Shown here one piece after another: positions 36,389 through 49,050 of a stretch of DNA of 64,000 nt. The notes beneath the pieces were generated by a model, which ran no database searches, was not told the origin of the DNA, and saw nothing but the letters and a program-made list of their open reading frames with translations. The stretch is from Malacoraja senta (Eukaryota): positions 8,434,001 to 8,498,000 of the forward strand of contig CM075988.1 of the NCBI GenBank assembly GCA_038087875.1, given 5' to 3'. How positions within the stretch are numbered: position 1 is the first letter of the stretch; the number at the start of each line of letters is the position of its first letter. The position numbers and the translations under genes are program-made.

Positions 36389-37660
36389 TTCAGGTCGGGA
36401 TACTTCTTCAGTCTGAAGAAGGGTCTCACCAGAAATGTATTGTGTCCATTTTCCTCCACAGTTGCTGCCTGGCCCATTGATTCCTCCAGCATCGTGTTGC
36501 TCCATCACTTTGTATGTTTCATACCAAAAAAAACAGATTCTGGTTATTAGAGGTCAATTACCATTACCAAGTCGTTCTGTAATCCACATCTTAGTTTCAT
36601 CATTGACCAGAGATTTAACCAGACCAGTCCCGTGGAAACAGTGGCTAAAAGAGCAGCCCCAGTATTCATGTGGCCACCGTAACATGAGGATTGGTAACCT
36701 ATGGTGGGTGACTAATGTCTGATATCCCAAGGCCTGTCCACCATTCACAAAGCACAATTCAGGAGTAGTGAACAGATCCTCTCCACTCACCCGGTTAAAT
36801 GAAGCTGCAAAAACTCTCAAGAAGCCTGAAACTAGCCAGGACGAAGCAGCCTATTTGATTGGTATCACGCCAACGACCCTAAACATTCCCCTCCTCCTCC
36901 GTCAGTGGATACAGTCTTTACCTTCTACAAAATGTGTAAATCTAACAGTAACGTCCACTGCTGTCACCAAGACAGTCAAGACCTGGAAGCCTCATCACCT
37001 CCTGGCTCCCAGTCTTCACTGGTAAGTATATTGCCATTCCTTCATCATTACTGGGTCGGGTAACACCAGGCGTTTCCTAATCAATAGCATTGTGGGAATG
37101 CCTCGCCAATGTAATGCCCATTCTCTGGGACAATTAGAAATAGGTAATAAATGCTGGTCTTGCTAACATTACAATAATCCCCCCCAAAGTAAAAACACGT
37201 TATTTTCCTACCTCAAGATAAGAAGCCTGACCCTGGGTCTATACCTATAAAGTATTGTAGAAACACAACTTAATGACCCTGAGTGATGAATCCAGCTCCC
37301 TTCTCATGGAAAAGAAAAATCCTAATTGCCATCTTTGGTCTCTGGATTTCCTGGTACAATGTAAATTAACACCATCAACAAGGTGACCTCTACTGGACGT
37401 GAGTGAGCGTGTGACTGTGTGCATATGCGTGTGTGTGCACACGTGGTTGTGTGTGTATGCGGGTGTGTATGTGTGCAGGATTATTAAGCTTTGACAGCAT
37501 TAAGTTTATTTTCCAATGCCAGTCCATCTAATGGCATAGAGCAAAGTTCAGCAATGGTGAACTGTCGCATCGGTACCTGGTACACCAGGGAGGAAATTAG
37601 TGCCATCTGGGTGTCAGGAATAAAAACAAAGTCCATCAGGGATTTGCCAAGACAAAGACA

Positions 37661-37971
37661 GGGCAGCATGATGGTGCAGCGATCGTGCTGCCTTGCAGGG
37701 CCAGAGACCCGGGTATGATCCTGACTATGGTGCTGTCTGTACGGAGATTGTATGTTCTCCCAGTGACCCCATGGGTTTTCCACGGTGCTCCGGTTTTCCC
37801 CCCACACTCCAAAGATGTACAGGTTTGTAGGTTAATTGGCTTCGGCAAAAATTATAAACTGTCCTTTGTGTGTAGGATAATGCTAGTATATGGCGATCGC
37901 CGGTTGGTATGGACTCAATGGGCCAAAGGGCCTGTTTCCGTGCTGTATCTCTAAACTACACTAAACTAAAC
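37661..37971 (+). mobile_element. HE1/V-SINE-type SINE
   Basis: Family consensus, full length. Confidence 0.85.
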
Positions 37972-38987
37972 CGTCTGAAGTGGATGAATAGGCCGTGGAA
38001 GGTGATTGCCCAGGTATACACTCATCAGTTTTTTTCTCAGCTTTGTGGAATACCATTACTTGACCTGGCATTTAAATGCTCATAATATCTTCAAATACAG
38101 TTAGTTGCTCTTTCAAATACTTTACAGAAGTAAGTAGAATGGCTTGATATAACACAAAATGTTGGAGTAACTCAGCGGGACAGGCAGCATCTCTCGAGAG
38201 AAGGAATGGGTGACGCTTCAGTTCAAGACCCTTCTTCAGTCTGAGAGTCCGGGGAGAGGGAATCCAGAGATATGGAAGGATACAAAGAGCACGTAAGGTG
38301 TGAAAAGGACTGATCAAAGCAGATGATGATCAAGGAAATGTACAATGGTTCATTGTTGTCTGAGGGGAAGGTGACAAATGGTTAAATATACATTGTGATG
38401 TGCAACTCCTCTACGTAGAGCGAAAAAGAAAGAAATTGCAATATTGAGCAGTTTTCACAAACTCAGGATGTGCTGAAATGCTCCAAATAAATTATGCAGT
38501 TGTGAGATGGGTTCCATGGTGAGGCAGCATTCCTTCTACACCTCTAATTGCCCTTGAGAAGATGCTATTCAATCATCTTCTTGGAGGGCTGGTCTCTTTT
38601 GTAAAGGTACTTCCTTAGTGCTATTAGATAGTGAGCTCTAAGATTCTGTTTCAACTAAGTCAAAGAAACATGACCCGGAGATGGCAATATTCCCATATGT
38701 CTGAATGAATGGAGGCCTTAGGTTTGGGAGGTATTGTTGGAGAAGTCTTGGCAAGTTGCTGCAGTGGATTTTCCAAATGATATTTCTTCTTTCTTGGTCT
38801 CTCAGGATTGAGGATGCCGACCAACTGAGCCCAACAGAGGGCCTTAATTGCTTCCCATGGACATTTTGGAATGGACAAACTCTAATTGGTAGTGTTAGTT
38901 CCAAAGGCATTTACCTCCAGCCAAACAATGCCTCCATTTTAAAATGACCAGATAACTAGCCTTGTGCTCAACACTCCTTCCGTCATT

Positions 38988-39315
38988 GTGGCGGCACAGT
39001 GGCAGCTGGTAGAGCTGCTGCCTCACCGTGCCAGAGACCTGGGTTCGACCCTCACCTCAGGTGCTGTCTGTGCGGAGTTTGCAAGTCCACCCTGTGACCA
39101 TGTGGGTTTCCTCCGGGTGCTCCAGGTTCCCCCCACATTTCAAAGACGTGCGAGTTTGTAGAACATTGTCCTCTGTAAATTGCCCCCGTTGTGTAGGGAG
39201 TGGATGAGGAAAGTGGGATAACTAGCATGGATGGGTGACCGACAGTCAGTGTGGATTTGGTGGGGCAATGGGCCTGTTCCTCTAAGCTAAAATTAAACTA
39301 AAACCTAAACTAAAC
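38988..39315 (+). mobile_element. HE1/V-SINE-type SINE
   Basis: Family consensus, full length. Confidence 0.85.
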
Positions 39316-40349
39316 CTCGCATAGCCCAACAATCCTCTGAAAACTCTGTTTCCTTCCAATTCTCATTCCCCTCTCACTTCCTTCACTTGATTGGCAGTTC
39401 TTTTTGCTGAAAGTTCTCCTTCGAAAATATCCTTGATTTTCTATCTCTTCCTTTGAAACTCTACACTTGCCAACAGGTATATGATTCCCATTGCAAGAGA
39501 CAAATTCCAATCCAGAAACCTGACATGTCACGCCATCTTTTGATGCAAGTCTTTCAGGAGTGAACTTTTACCCTGACATTTCCTTTTATGCGCCTCAGTG
39601 CAGCCGCCCGACTTCCAAATGCAAAGCACACACCAGCCTCTTTGAACTGAAAGGCCTGGTGATATTGTTTGTTTCTCCCCCCCCACCATAGCTGAACTAA
39701 TTAGGAGGAAAGGCACGTTCTAGCTCAGCTGAAGTCTCGGGTTGGAATATCTTAAGGAAGTCGGGGAGTGAGGTGAAAATTTCCAGCTGTAGTTTTGACA
39801 GAATTTTTTTTTTTAAGTCCTCCTACGTAATGTGTTTAATTATGTTTAATGGAAAGGCTGAACAATCTTTTTTAAATCTTACTTTTGAATTTTGATAATG
39901 TCTTTCAACTTGAGCCTCATCTGAATCAGGTCTCTTGTTCACCTCTCCTGTTTAAATGTGTACTGAAAGAATTGGCAATTGCACTGGTCGGACTCATACG
40001 TGCGCCTGCCTGTGTGTGCCCACTCATCTATTGCTGTATTTATGTCGTATATAAATGAGGTGACGGAGAGATACACTGTGGGTAGCAGCAAACAATATCA
40101 GTGCAGAATGCTGCAGAATGTCAATTCTTCTTGCCAGTTTTATCTGTTCATTCTTTATATTACTAGTCCACATCAACTATCAAACTAAAATCAAAATCTA
40201 TCAGCAAAGTTAGAACAGAATCCTTCACAACCCCTAACCAGACTTTCTCGTCTACTTTTTACTGCAACCATTTCATATCACTGATATTTATCCTTTTTTT
40301 AACTGTCTAGCTGTAAACTCAATCCATCAGATTGTATCCATATTGCTTG

Positions 40350-40620
40350 AATGTCTGTATGTGTTTATCTCTGTGTCTATAAATATGTAAGTGTAAGTGC
40401 GTGTGCGTGTGAGTGTGCATGCGAGCGTGTATGCGTGCATGTGTATGTACTTGTGTGTGTTAGACTATGAGCAAGTGTCTATGGATGCGAAAATGTGTCT
40501 GTGTGAGTGTGAACGTGTGCTTACCTCTGTCTGCCTTTACATCAGTGTGCATGTCTGTGCATGTGCACTTGTGAGTGACATCGAGTGTAGGTGTGCCTGT
40601 GGTTGTGGAAGTGTGCATTT
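40350..40620. repeat. Degenerate (TG)n-rich low-complexity tract
   Basis: Visible GTGTG/ATGT repeats. Confidence 0.7.
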
Positions 40621-41619
40621 GCTGGATTACTATGTTGTGCATTTCCACAATATAAATGAACTCTTTGAACAAATCATTGATGTTGAGATAAAAGCAGCTA
40701 CAATTCGTACAGTAACTCAGAGAGGACTGAAAATAAAGGTGATTTAATACTCATATTTAACCCAGAGTTTAGATTTCACCCAGTACATGGATGCTGCATA
40801 AAGGGAGAGCGCTGACAAACACAGATCTAGTGTAAAGGAGCCAATGGTCATTGGTGGTCAGAAGACGACAGCACAGCCATGTCTAGCCTAGGCACCCCAC
40901 TCCACCCCACATCTACACATGCACACACTCCATATTCTCCATTTCTGCCCCATCCATTCAATGGGAGGAGCGGAGATCCCTATGCACTGGTCCAGATCCT
41001 GGCATTGCATGTAGCTGAAGGTTGTTTGGAGGCAGGATCTGCCAGGCATTGAGGAAGAGTGACAGTCAAGCATGCCAAGGAGAAAGGGGTGCCCAAGTGT
41101 CAGCTCCCAGGAGGGTGAGGTTTCACTTTGTCTTCCTCTGAAGTCCCTAGTGTGTGTAGGATAGTGTTAATGTGCGGGGATCACTGGTCGGTGCGGACTT
41201 GGTGGGACGAAGGGCCTGTTTCCGCACTGTATCTCTAAACTAAACTAAACCTACCTCATTGAGCCTTTTGCACTTTTTTTCATCTGCACTTTCTCTGCAA
41301 CTGTGACACTATTCTGCACAGTTTACTTTCTGTTTCTGCAGATGTGCAAAACTGTTTTACAGAGTTAATGAAGTACTTTTTAAAATTGCAAAGTAGGAAA
41401 GAAATGAATGTATTAGTATTCAAAGCATGGACTGCAAATCTATGCAATAGATTTAGTATCCTCAGACTCAACATCTTTCTTGTAATCAGTAACCTTGTGG
41501 TTTTTTTGTTCATTGGGTGTCTGCAGATATCGTTATCCAAGCCAATGTTTAATATGTTGTTTTAATTGTACTTGAGAAGGTGGCGGAGAACCACTGCCAT
41601 GAATGGCCATAATAATCAA

Positions 41620-41885
41620 GGACCAGTCTCACCCTGGTCACTCCCTCTTCTCCCCTCTCCCTTCAGGCAAGAGGTACAGAAGTGTGAAAATGCACACCTC
41701 CAGATTCAGGAACAGTTTCTTCCCAGCTGTGATCAGGCAACTGAACCATCCTCTCACCAGTTAGAGCTTGGTCCTGACTAATCTACTGTACCTCATTGGG
41801 GACATTTGAACTATCTTTAATCAGACTTTATCTTGCACTAAATATCATGCAACATAAGTCTTTATTCTTTATCTGTACACTGTAT
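41620..41885 (+). mobile_element. Rex1/Babar-type LINE 3' fragment
   Basis: CACCCTGGTCACTCCCTCTTCTCCCCTCTCCCTTCAGGCAAGAGGTAC...AGGAACAGTTTCTTCCC. Confidence 0.75.
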
Positions 41886-44589
41886 ACATGGGAAATGTAA
41901 AGGACATCCCATCTGACCAGCGCAACAGAATGCTGTTACGTTGTTATTTAGCAGTCAGGTCATTTTTCTTTTCGCCCCTCAGCTACACTTGTACAATCTA
42001 TAATTATGCTCAAAACATGGTAAATATATTTATACAGTGTAAGCCTTGTTATTTTTTGAAAAACTTTGATATACTTAAGATGGAAAAGGCATTGACTACA
42101 ATGCCACTGACTGTGCAGTGCTGAGTTCAATTCTCTCGTGTGGCCTTAACACTGCTGCGCAAAGCTGAACTATGCCCCCATTATCTCTCGGCTAAACACG
42201 TTGTATCACAAAGCAGAATTCATCACAAGAGGATGAAATGATCATTTGTAAAATGTACATTTGGTAGTAAATATACTTAGCTAGCATTTTAAACCAAAGA
42301 CAGAAGCAAAGGTAGGCACATGGATATGGAGGGAATGGATCACGAGGAAGCAGTGGAGATTAGTTTAACTTGGCATCATGTTTAGCAGGAATATTTTGGG
42401 CTGAAGGGCCTGTTCCTGTCCTTGTTCTATGTTTTATTTCACTCCCTCCAAGTCTTTCTAATAGCATCCCATATTTCATGTTTTGCATACTGTATTATGA
42501 CACAGATACAGGCTATTCAACCTCTCAAATCTGTACCAGCATGTTGATTCATCCCATTATCCCTCTAGCTTTCCGTTAAACTGTTCTACTTGCATCTGCA
42601 CGCACAGCTCCCAGATTCTACTCCTCACCTGCACATTCGGGGTAAGGCTGAGGGATCAATTAACCTTCCCACTCACTCATCTTCAGGATGTGAAAGGAAA
42701 CCTGAGCACCTTGAGGAACCAGACACAGTCACAGGGAGAACGTACAAACTCCACGCAGCACCTGAGGTCAGGATTACATACACATCCCTGGTACTATCAG
42801 GGTCCGCGCCATCGTGCCACCCTGACACAACTTGAACCCTAACAAAAGGGACTGGCCTAAGGGATGTCTATTCAGTACTGCAAGCATTCTCTGTCTCTCA
42901 CACTTCACTTGACCAGGACTTAACACAGTGCTCAAAGTGTGTGTGGTCCGACTAAAACAATCCACTTGCTCTAACCTTTATTCAACTGTGTCGACTCTGT
43001 TAGTTCAGTATTCAATTGGCTTTGTTGAATGTTGTTCTGCATTCGTGTTCAGCCCCACACCTGAGACAGAACTAATTTATTTTTAAGATCTCCGTGAAAA
43101 ATCCAGCACACATTGTTATGAGAACGTGCCGAGAATTGCTGTACAAATATGATGTTATGATTCCATGAATATCACTGACAGTAATTTATAGGCAACTGCA
43201 CCTCCGGCTGACCGCTAATGTAATGCAAACAGGGAGAGAAATGCTGAATGTAAATCTAAAGATCAGGAGATAAAGCCCAGTACGGATTATAACAAAATGA
43301 AATACATTGTTGTAGTTGCTCTTGGATCACGCTCAGTTCCAGCAGCTTGAATTGAGTACATTGCGGGGTTAGGCTTCCATTCACCCCATCTATCTGTGTC
43401 CTGTTTCCATGGCGATGTGTTTGCCAGGGCAGAGGCCTAACAGAGACGTTGGTCAACCTGTGGTGAAAATGAAGGCCAACCTCACAGGGCAGGTTGAGGA
43501 CGCACGAACTGGCTGTGATTTTTTTTTCACTAGGTTTGTGACTCCGAAATAATTTTTCAGATCAGACAGCTGCTGGCTGCTTGGAGACCCACTACAGGGA
43601 TATTCAGTAGGCCGGAGAGCCTGCTAGGTTTAAGAGCACTGCTCTCTTGCAGTTCCTGATAACACTTGCCTACTAATTTTGAATGATGGTGTGCGTCGCA
43701 AGCCAATGTGAAGAGAAACAGCCTTCCTAAGTGGCTATTCTTGTAAAGTGCTTCAGATTCCAAAAAAAATAGGTTAGGATCTGAAGGGCTATTGACTCCA
43801 TTAGGGCAGATGCAGCAGCGGGTCGAGGCGTGGTAATGTGCACTGCAGCACACCGTGAGTGAGTTGCACAGGCTTGCGTCTCTATCTGCTGGAGATTAGG
43901 CCGCTAATTAATAAGCTCTTGGGCTCCTCACAGCCGGAATCGAGTATTAATTCAGCTCCTTCGACAGCCGGAGCTGAAATGGGCAGCCGTGATGGGCCTG
44001 TGAACATGCAGTCAGGGGATAGTAATCCACTTAATGCCACAACCATGGAAACCAAAACTCAGAGCGAGGGACACCACAGGAGGTTTCTTTTAAGTCAAAT
44101 AGCACCTTCCCGTTTCCCTCAACTCTTTTCACTGTACCTCAGTACACGTGACAATAAACTAAACTGAAACTGAACTGAACTCCTTCAAATAACCTTTTGA
44201 AGTTGATGAGGAAAACAGATAGGTGCTATTTGACATAAAATAATTTATTTTTGTTACCTTCCCTCAATTCCTCCAAACTTTTTTTCATAATATTTTTTGA
44301 TAACCTTTTTTTCATAATATTTCTCGACCAATCTCAAATCAGCCACCCATGTTGCCATCTACTTTGCTTATTAATCTCTTTATTACTTGTTGCTGGCGAG
44401 ATTCATTTGATGTACTCCTCCACCTTCCTCTCATTATCTAATTCCATATTCTTTCTTTCTAATTCCTGTGCATTTATTTATTTCTTTATTTCCTATGATC
44501 TTTCACAACAAATTCTCCCTCCATTTTCACTAAAAAATATATACTTTTCATCCATCCGCCCGAGTTTTCTCCTGTATCAAGGATGCTAA

Positions 44590-44845
44590 AGGGCCTGTCC
44601 CACTTGGCAATTTTTTTTCGGCAACTGCCGGCATCATATCAGTGTTGCCAAAAGATTTTGAACATTTCAAAATCCAGTAGTGACAATAAAAAGTAGGGAC
44701 ACTTGAAAAAACACCGTGCGTCATACATCATCACGCCACATCACGCCACATCACGTCCCATCATGCCGCAAATTTTTCGGTGACCTGATACATCAGTCAA
44801 TGATGCCGACAATCGCTGAAAAAATCACCAAGTGGGACAGGCCCG
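44590..44845. mobile_element. PIF/Harbinger-type MITE
   Basis: TIR GGGCCTGTCCCACTTGG; TAA TSD (44587-44589 / 44846-44848). Confidence 0.85.
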
Positions 44846-45317
44846 TAACTCTGTTGGTGATCTGGTCCTAGGGGCGGTAGCAGGATTCTGGCCCTTTGTT
44901 CCCCGTGTGAGGCTAACTTCTATTTTCTCCAATACCGATGGTTTAGATTCTGTGGACCCTTTATAATGGTACAACTTGATATCTACAACACTGCTTCCCA
45001 TTTCTCATTCTGGTCCATACATCTCCTTGAATGCTTTTCTATCAGTGACTGAATCAATAGCTGGAAAGGTCACCCTTTTTATACCAATAATTAGTTGAAT
45101 CCAGGATGTCTTACTGAAGGAAATTCAAGGAACTGCAGATGGCCTGAGTCTTGAACGTAACACAAAGTGCTGGAAGAACTCAACTGGTCAGGCAGCATCT
45201 GTGGAGGGAAAGGACAAGATACATTTTGGGACAGGGACCATTCTTCAGACTTCAGTGAACCGAGACGTCGTCTGTCCATTCCCTCCACAGGTGGTGCCTG
45301 ATCTGCTGAGTTCCTAG

Positions 45318-45730
45318 GTATTGACATCCCCACCATCAAAGGGATCTATCGGAGGCAGTGCCTCAAAAAGGCAGCCAGCATGAGCAAGGACCCTGAACAT
45401 GCTCTCATTTCACTCCTGCCATCGGAAAGAAGGCATACGAGTCTGAAACTGTGACGTCCAGATCTAGGAACAGCTTCTTCCCAACAACCATCAGGCCCCT
45501 GAACACTACGAATACTAAATAAGCTCTGAACGACAAACTGTCTTGGTTGTACTAGGGACTTTGGGCTTTGTTTTGCTTTGCACTATGTTTTTTTTTTTTT
45601 TAATGTATTTAACTTATTTTTTGTTTATTACTTTATCTATTGATTACAGTGTTTACAAACCTGTTGAGCTGCTGCAAGTAATAATTTCATTGTTACCATT
45701 TGATATATGACAATAGAACACTCTTGACTT
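45318..45730 (+). mobile_element. Rex1/Babar-type LINE 3' fragment
   Basis: CCTCAAAAAGGCAGCCAGCAT...GGAACAGCTTCTTCCC...TGACAATAGAACACTCTTGAC. Confidence 0.7.
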
Positions 45731-45851
45731 CAGTACCCTGTGTCTAATTGAAGGCCTTCTTTAGGTAAATCTGTTGGGTAAGTAATCTACCTGGAGACTA
45801 GACTATATGCATTGGGTTCAGGTCAGATCTGGCAGTGAATAAGATAGTCAC

Positions 45852-45990
45852 CGGGGTGGAAGACTGCAACCTTCACGTGGTCCGCCCTGTTTCAACGAAT
45901 GCAATCAACCTGGCGTGCACAATCAAATAAGATCAAATAGAACAAGCTGTCCCACAACTTTAGGCTGTGCACGCCATACGCAAGAAGAAG
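45852..45990 (+). mobile_element. Short (~140 bp) ribozyme-headed non-autonomous retroposon, copy 2
   Basis: TSD AAGATAGTCAC (45841-45851 / 45991-46001); 3' end GCACGCCATACGC(AAG)n; same 5' start as copy 1. Confidence 0.9.
45853..45906 (+). ncRNA. Predicted minimal HDV-like self-cleaving ribozyme (copy 2)
   Basis: P1 GGGGTGG(45853-59)/CCGCCCT(45882-88) with G1.U wobble; P2 GACTGCA/TGCAATC; P3 ACC/GGT; L3 TTCACGT; candidate catalytic C45896 in CGAA; essentially no P4. Confidence 0.75.
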
Positions 45991-46240
45991 AAGATAGTCA
46001 CTAAGTCAGGTTTGAACGTCATACGTTCTGTCAGAAGGCTTGCTTCATAATAATTGACCCAAACTGGACCATAGCTTTTATCACCCTTAAAATGGTACAA
46101 CAGGTCCAAGTTTCATCCTTTTAAAATGTCCACCAGTGGAGTTCGCTTGAGGTGCTCAATGGCATACTCTTATTCCTATTTATTTTGTTGTAGTCTTTGA
46201 GAGCTAGTCCATGGCAAGAATATGAAAAGGTAACAGCTCC

Positions 46241-46540
46241 TTTAGACTTTAGAGATACAATGTAGAAACAGGACTTTCGGCCCACTGAGTCCACGCCAAC
46301 CAGCGATCATCACGTACACTAACACTATCCTACACACTAGGGACAATTTACAATTTTCACCAAAGCCAATTAACCTATAAACCTGTACGTCTTTGGAGTG
46401 TGGGAGGAAACCAGAGCACCCAGAGAAAACTCATGTGGTCACATGGAGAAGGTGCAAACTCCGTACAGATAAGACTCCTAGTCGGAGTCCTAGTCGAACC
46501 TGGGTCTCTGGCACTGCAAGTTACCATTGTGCCCACTGTG
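46241..46540 (-). mobile_element. HE1/V-SINE-type SINE
   Basis: Family consensus. Confidence 0.8.
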
Positions 46541-47682
46541 CCTCTCCTGTCCATTTAAAAGATACATTCATAATCTATCTGCACTGAGTTTGGCCTCAAT
46601 ATGCATTTGTAATTACTGATTAATGAATGATTATAATGAGATATTAAATGCACATTTTCATAACTTCCCTTTATTATTTTGAAAGCACGTCTAGTTGATG
46701 ATAAGGTTTTTGACCCCCCGTACACTGTCCCTGCTGATAACAGCATGGCTCTGAGAGACTGATGCAGTTGTTAGAAGCATTACAATTAGTCTCTATGTCT
46801 CTGAGTTGCGGCAGTGAAAGTTTAAATCTCGGTTACTGTCCCGTGCCGTGTGGTGGGGTTGCCAAAACGATGGAGCCTTTCCTAGAGTTTGTCACATAGG
46901 GACAGTACACTGGCACAGCTAATGGAGCTGCTGCCTCACAGCTCCAGCGGCCTGGGTTCAATCCCGACTTCGGGAACAGTTTGTGGTGTTTACGTATTAT
47001 TCCTTGGACAAGCTGGGCTTTCTCAGGTGACCAGCCTCTTCCCACATACTACAGACATCAAAGTGGTAGGCTATTTGGCCACTGTAGATGTCCTGGGTAT
47101 GTAGGTGAGAGGTAGAATCTGGGGGTGAGTTGGTGGGGAATGTGGTGAGAATATAATTGATCAGGGTAGAATTAGTGTAAAAGTGTGGTGTTGATAATTG
47201 GCATGGACCAAGGGCAGCACAGTGGTGCAGCGGTAGAGTTGCTGCCTTACAGCGACAGAGACACCTCCCCGCACATCTAATTTTCTCCCACTGCCCCTCT
47301 ATGTATATTTGCCTAGTTTTGTGTTTTTCTCCTCAGGAAGATCATCGGGGATTAACAACCATTATTGTCCTTTCATCACCATGCGTCATTGAATTTACAT
47401 TTACAAAAGGCAGGTACTCTTACATTCTTTGCAAAGTGTCCGGATGATCTCCTGGATCAGCAAGGACAAACTTGTTAGGGATCAGGTCTTGGTTAATGGA
47501 ATGAATATAAATGGGAAATAGATGGGCTACATAGACAAGGTGGGCCAAAGGGCCTTTTTCCCACAATGCATCCCTTTGTTCTCCAACTCCTCTTTCTTCA
47601 ATATTAGAGCCTTAGAATCAGGCCTTAGAGATACAGGGCGGAAACTGTACCCACGAGTCTGTGCCGACCAGCGATCACCCAG

Positions 47683-49050
47683 AATATCAGTGGTGGGGAA
47701 GATGTACATCTGCGCACATTTGGATAGCAGTAACAGGATCGGTCCGAGTCAGCATGGATTTACGAAGGGGAAATCATGCTTGACTAATCTTCTGGAAATT
47801 TTTTGAGGATGTAACTAGGAAAATGGACAAGGGGAGAACCAGTGCATGCAGTGTACCTGGACTTTCAGAAAGCATTTGATAAGGTCCCACATAGGAGATT
47901 AGTGGGCAAAATTAGGGCACATGTTATTGGGGGTAGAGTGCTGACATGGATAGAGAAGTGGTTGGCAGACAGGAAACAAAGAGTAGGGATTAACGGGTCC
48001 CTTTCAGAATGGCAGGCAGTGACTAGTGGGGTACCGCAAGGCTCCGGTGCTGGGACCACAGCTATTTACAATATACATCAATGATTTGGATGAAAGGATT
48101 CAAAGTAACATTAGCAAATTTGCAGATGACACAAAGCTGGGTGGCAGTGTGAACTGTGAGGAGGATGCTATGAGAATGCAGGGTGACTTGGACAGGTTGG
48201 GGGAGTGGGCAGATGCATGGCAGATGAAGTTTAATGTGGATAAATGTGAGGTTATCCACTTTGGTATCAAAACAGGAAGGCAGATTACTATCTAAATGGC
48301 GTCAAATTGGGAAAAGGGGGAAGTATAACGGGATCTGGGGTCCTTGTTCATCAGTCGATGAAAGTAAGCATACAGGTAGAGCAGGCAGTGAAGAAAGCGA
48401 ATGGCATATTGGCCTTTATAACAAGAGGAGTCGAGTATAGGAGCAAAGAGGTCCTTCTGCAGTTGTACAGAGCCCTAGTGAGACCACACCTGGAGTATTG
48501 TGTGCAGTTTTGGTCCCCTAATTTGAGGGAGGATATTCTTGCTATTGAGGGAGTGCAGCGTAGGTTTACAAGGTCAATTCCCGTGATGGCGGGACTGTCA
48601 TATGCTGAGAGAATGGAGCGGCTGGGCTCGTACACTCTGGAGTTTAGAAGGATGAGAGGGTATCTTATTGAAACATAAAAGATTGTTAAGGGTTTGGACA
48701 CGCTAGAGGCAGGAAACATGTTCCTGATGTTGGGGGAGTCCAGAACCAGGGGCCACAGTTTAAGAATAAGGGGTAAGCCATTTAGAACAGAGACGAGGAA
48801 ACACTTTTTCTCACAGAGAGTTGTGAGTCTGTGGAATTCTCTGCCTCAGAGGGTGGTGGAGGCTGGTTCTCTGGATACTTTCAAGAGAGAGCTAGATAGG
48901 GCTCTTAAAGATAGCGGAGTCAGGGGATATGGGGAGAAGGCAGGAACGGGGTACTGATTGGGGATAATCAGCCATGATCACATTGAATGGCGGTGCTGGC
49001 TCGAAGGGCCGAATGGCCTACTCCTGCACCTATTGTCTATTGTCTATTGT
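47683..49050 (+). mobile_element. CR1 LINE, 5'-truncated RT pseudogene + 3' UTR, inserted into a minus-strand SINE (47624-47680 + 49049-49265)
   Basis: Frameshifted ORFs QHGFTKGKSCLTNL, YLDFQKAFDKVPH, FADD, RPHLEYCVQFWSP; (TATTGTC)n tail. Confidence 0.93.
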
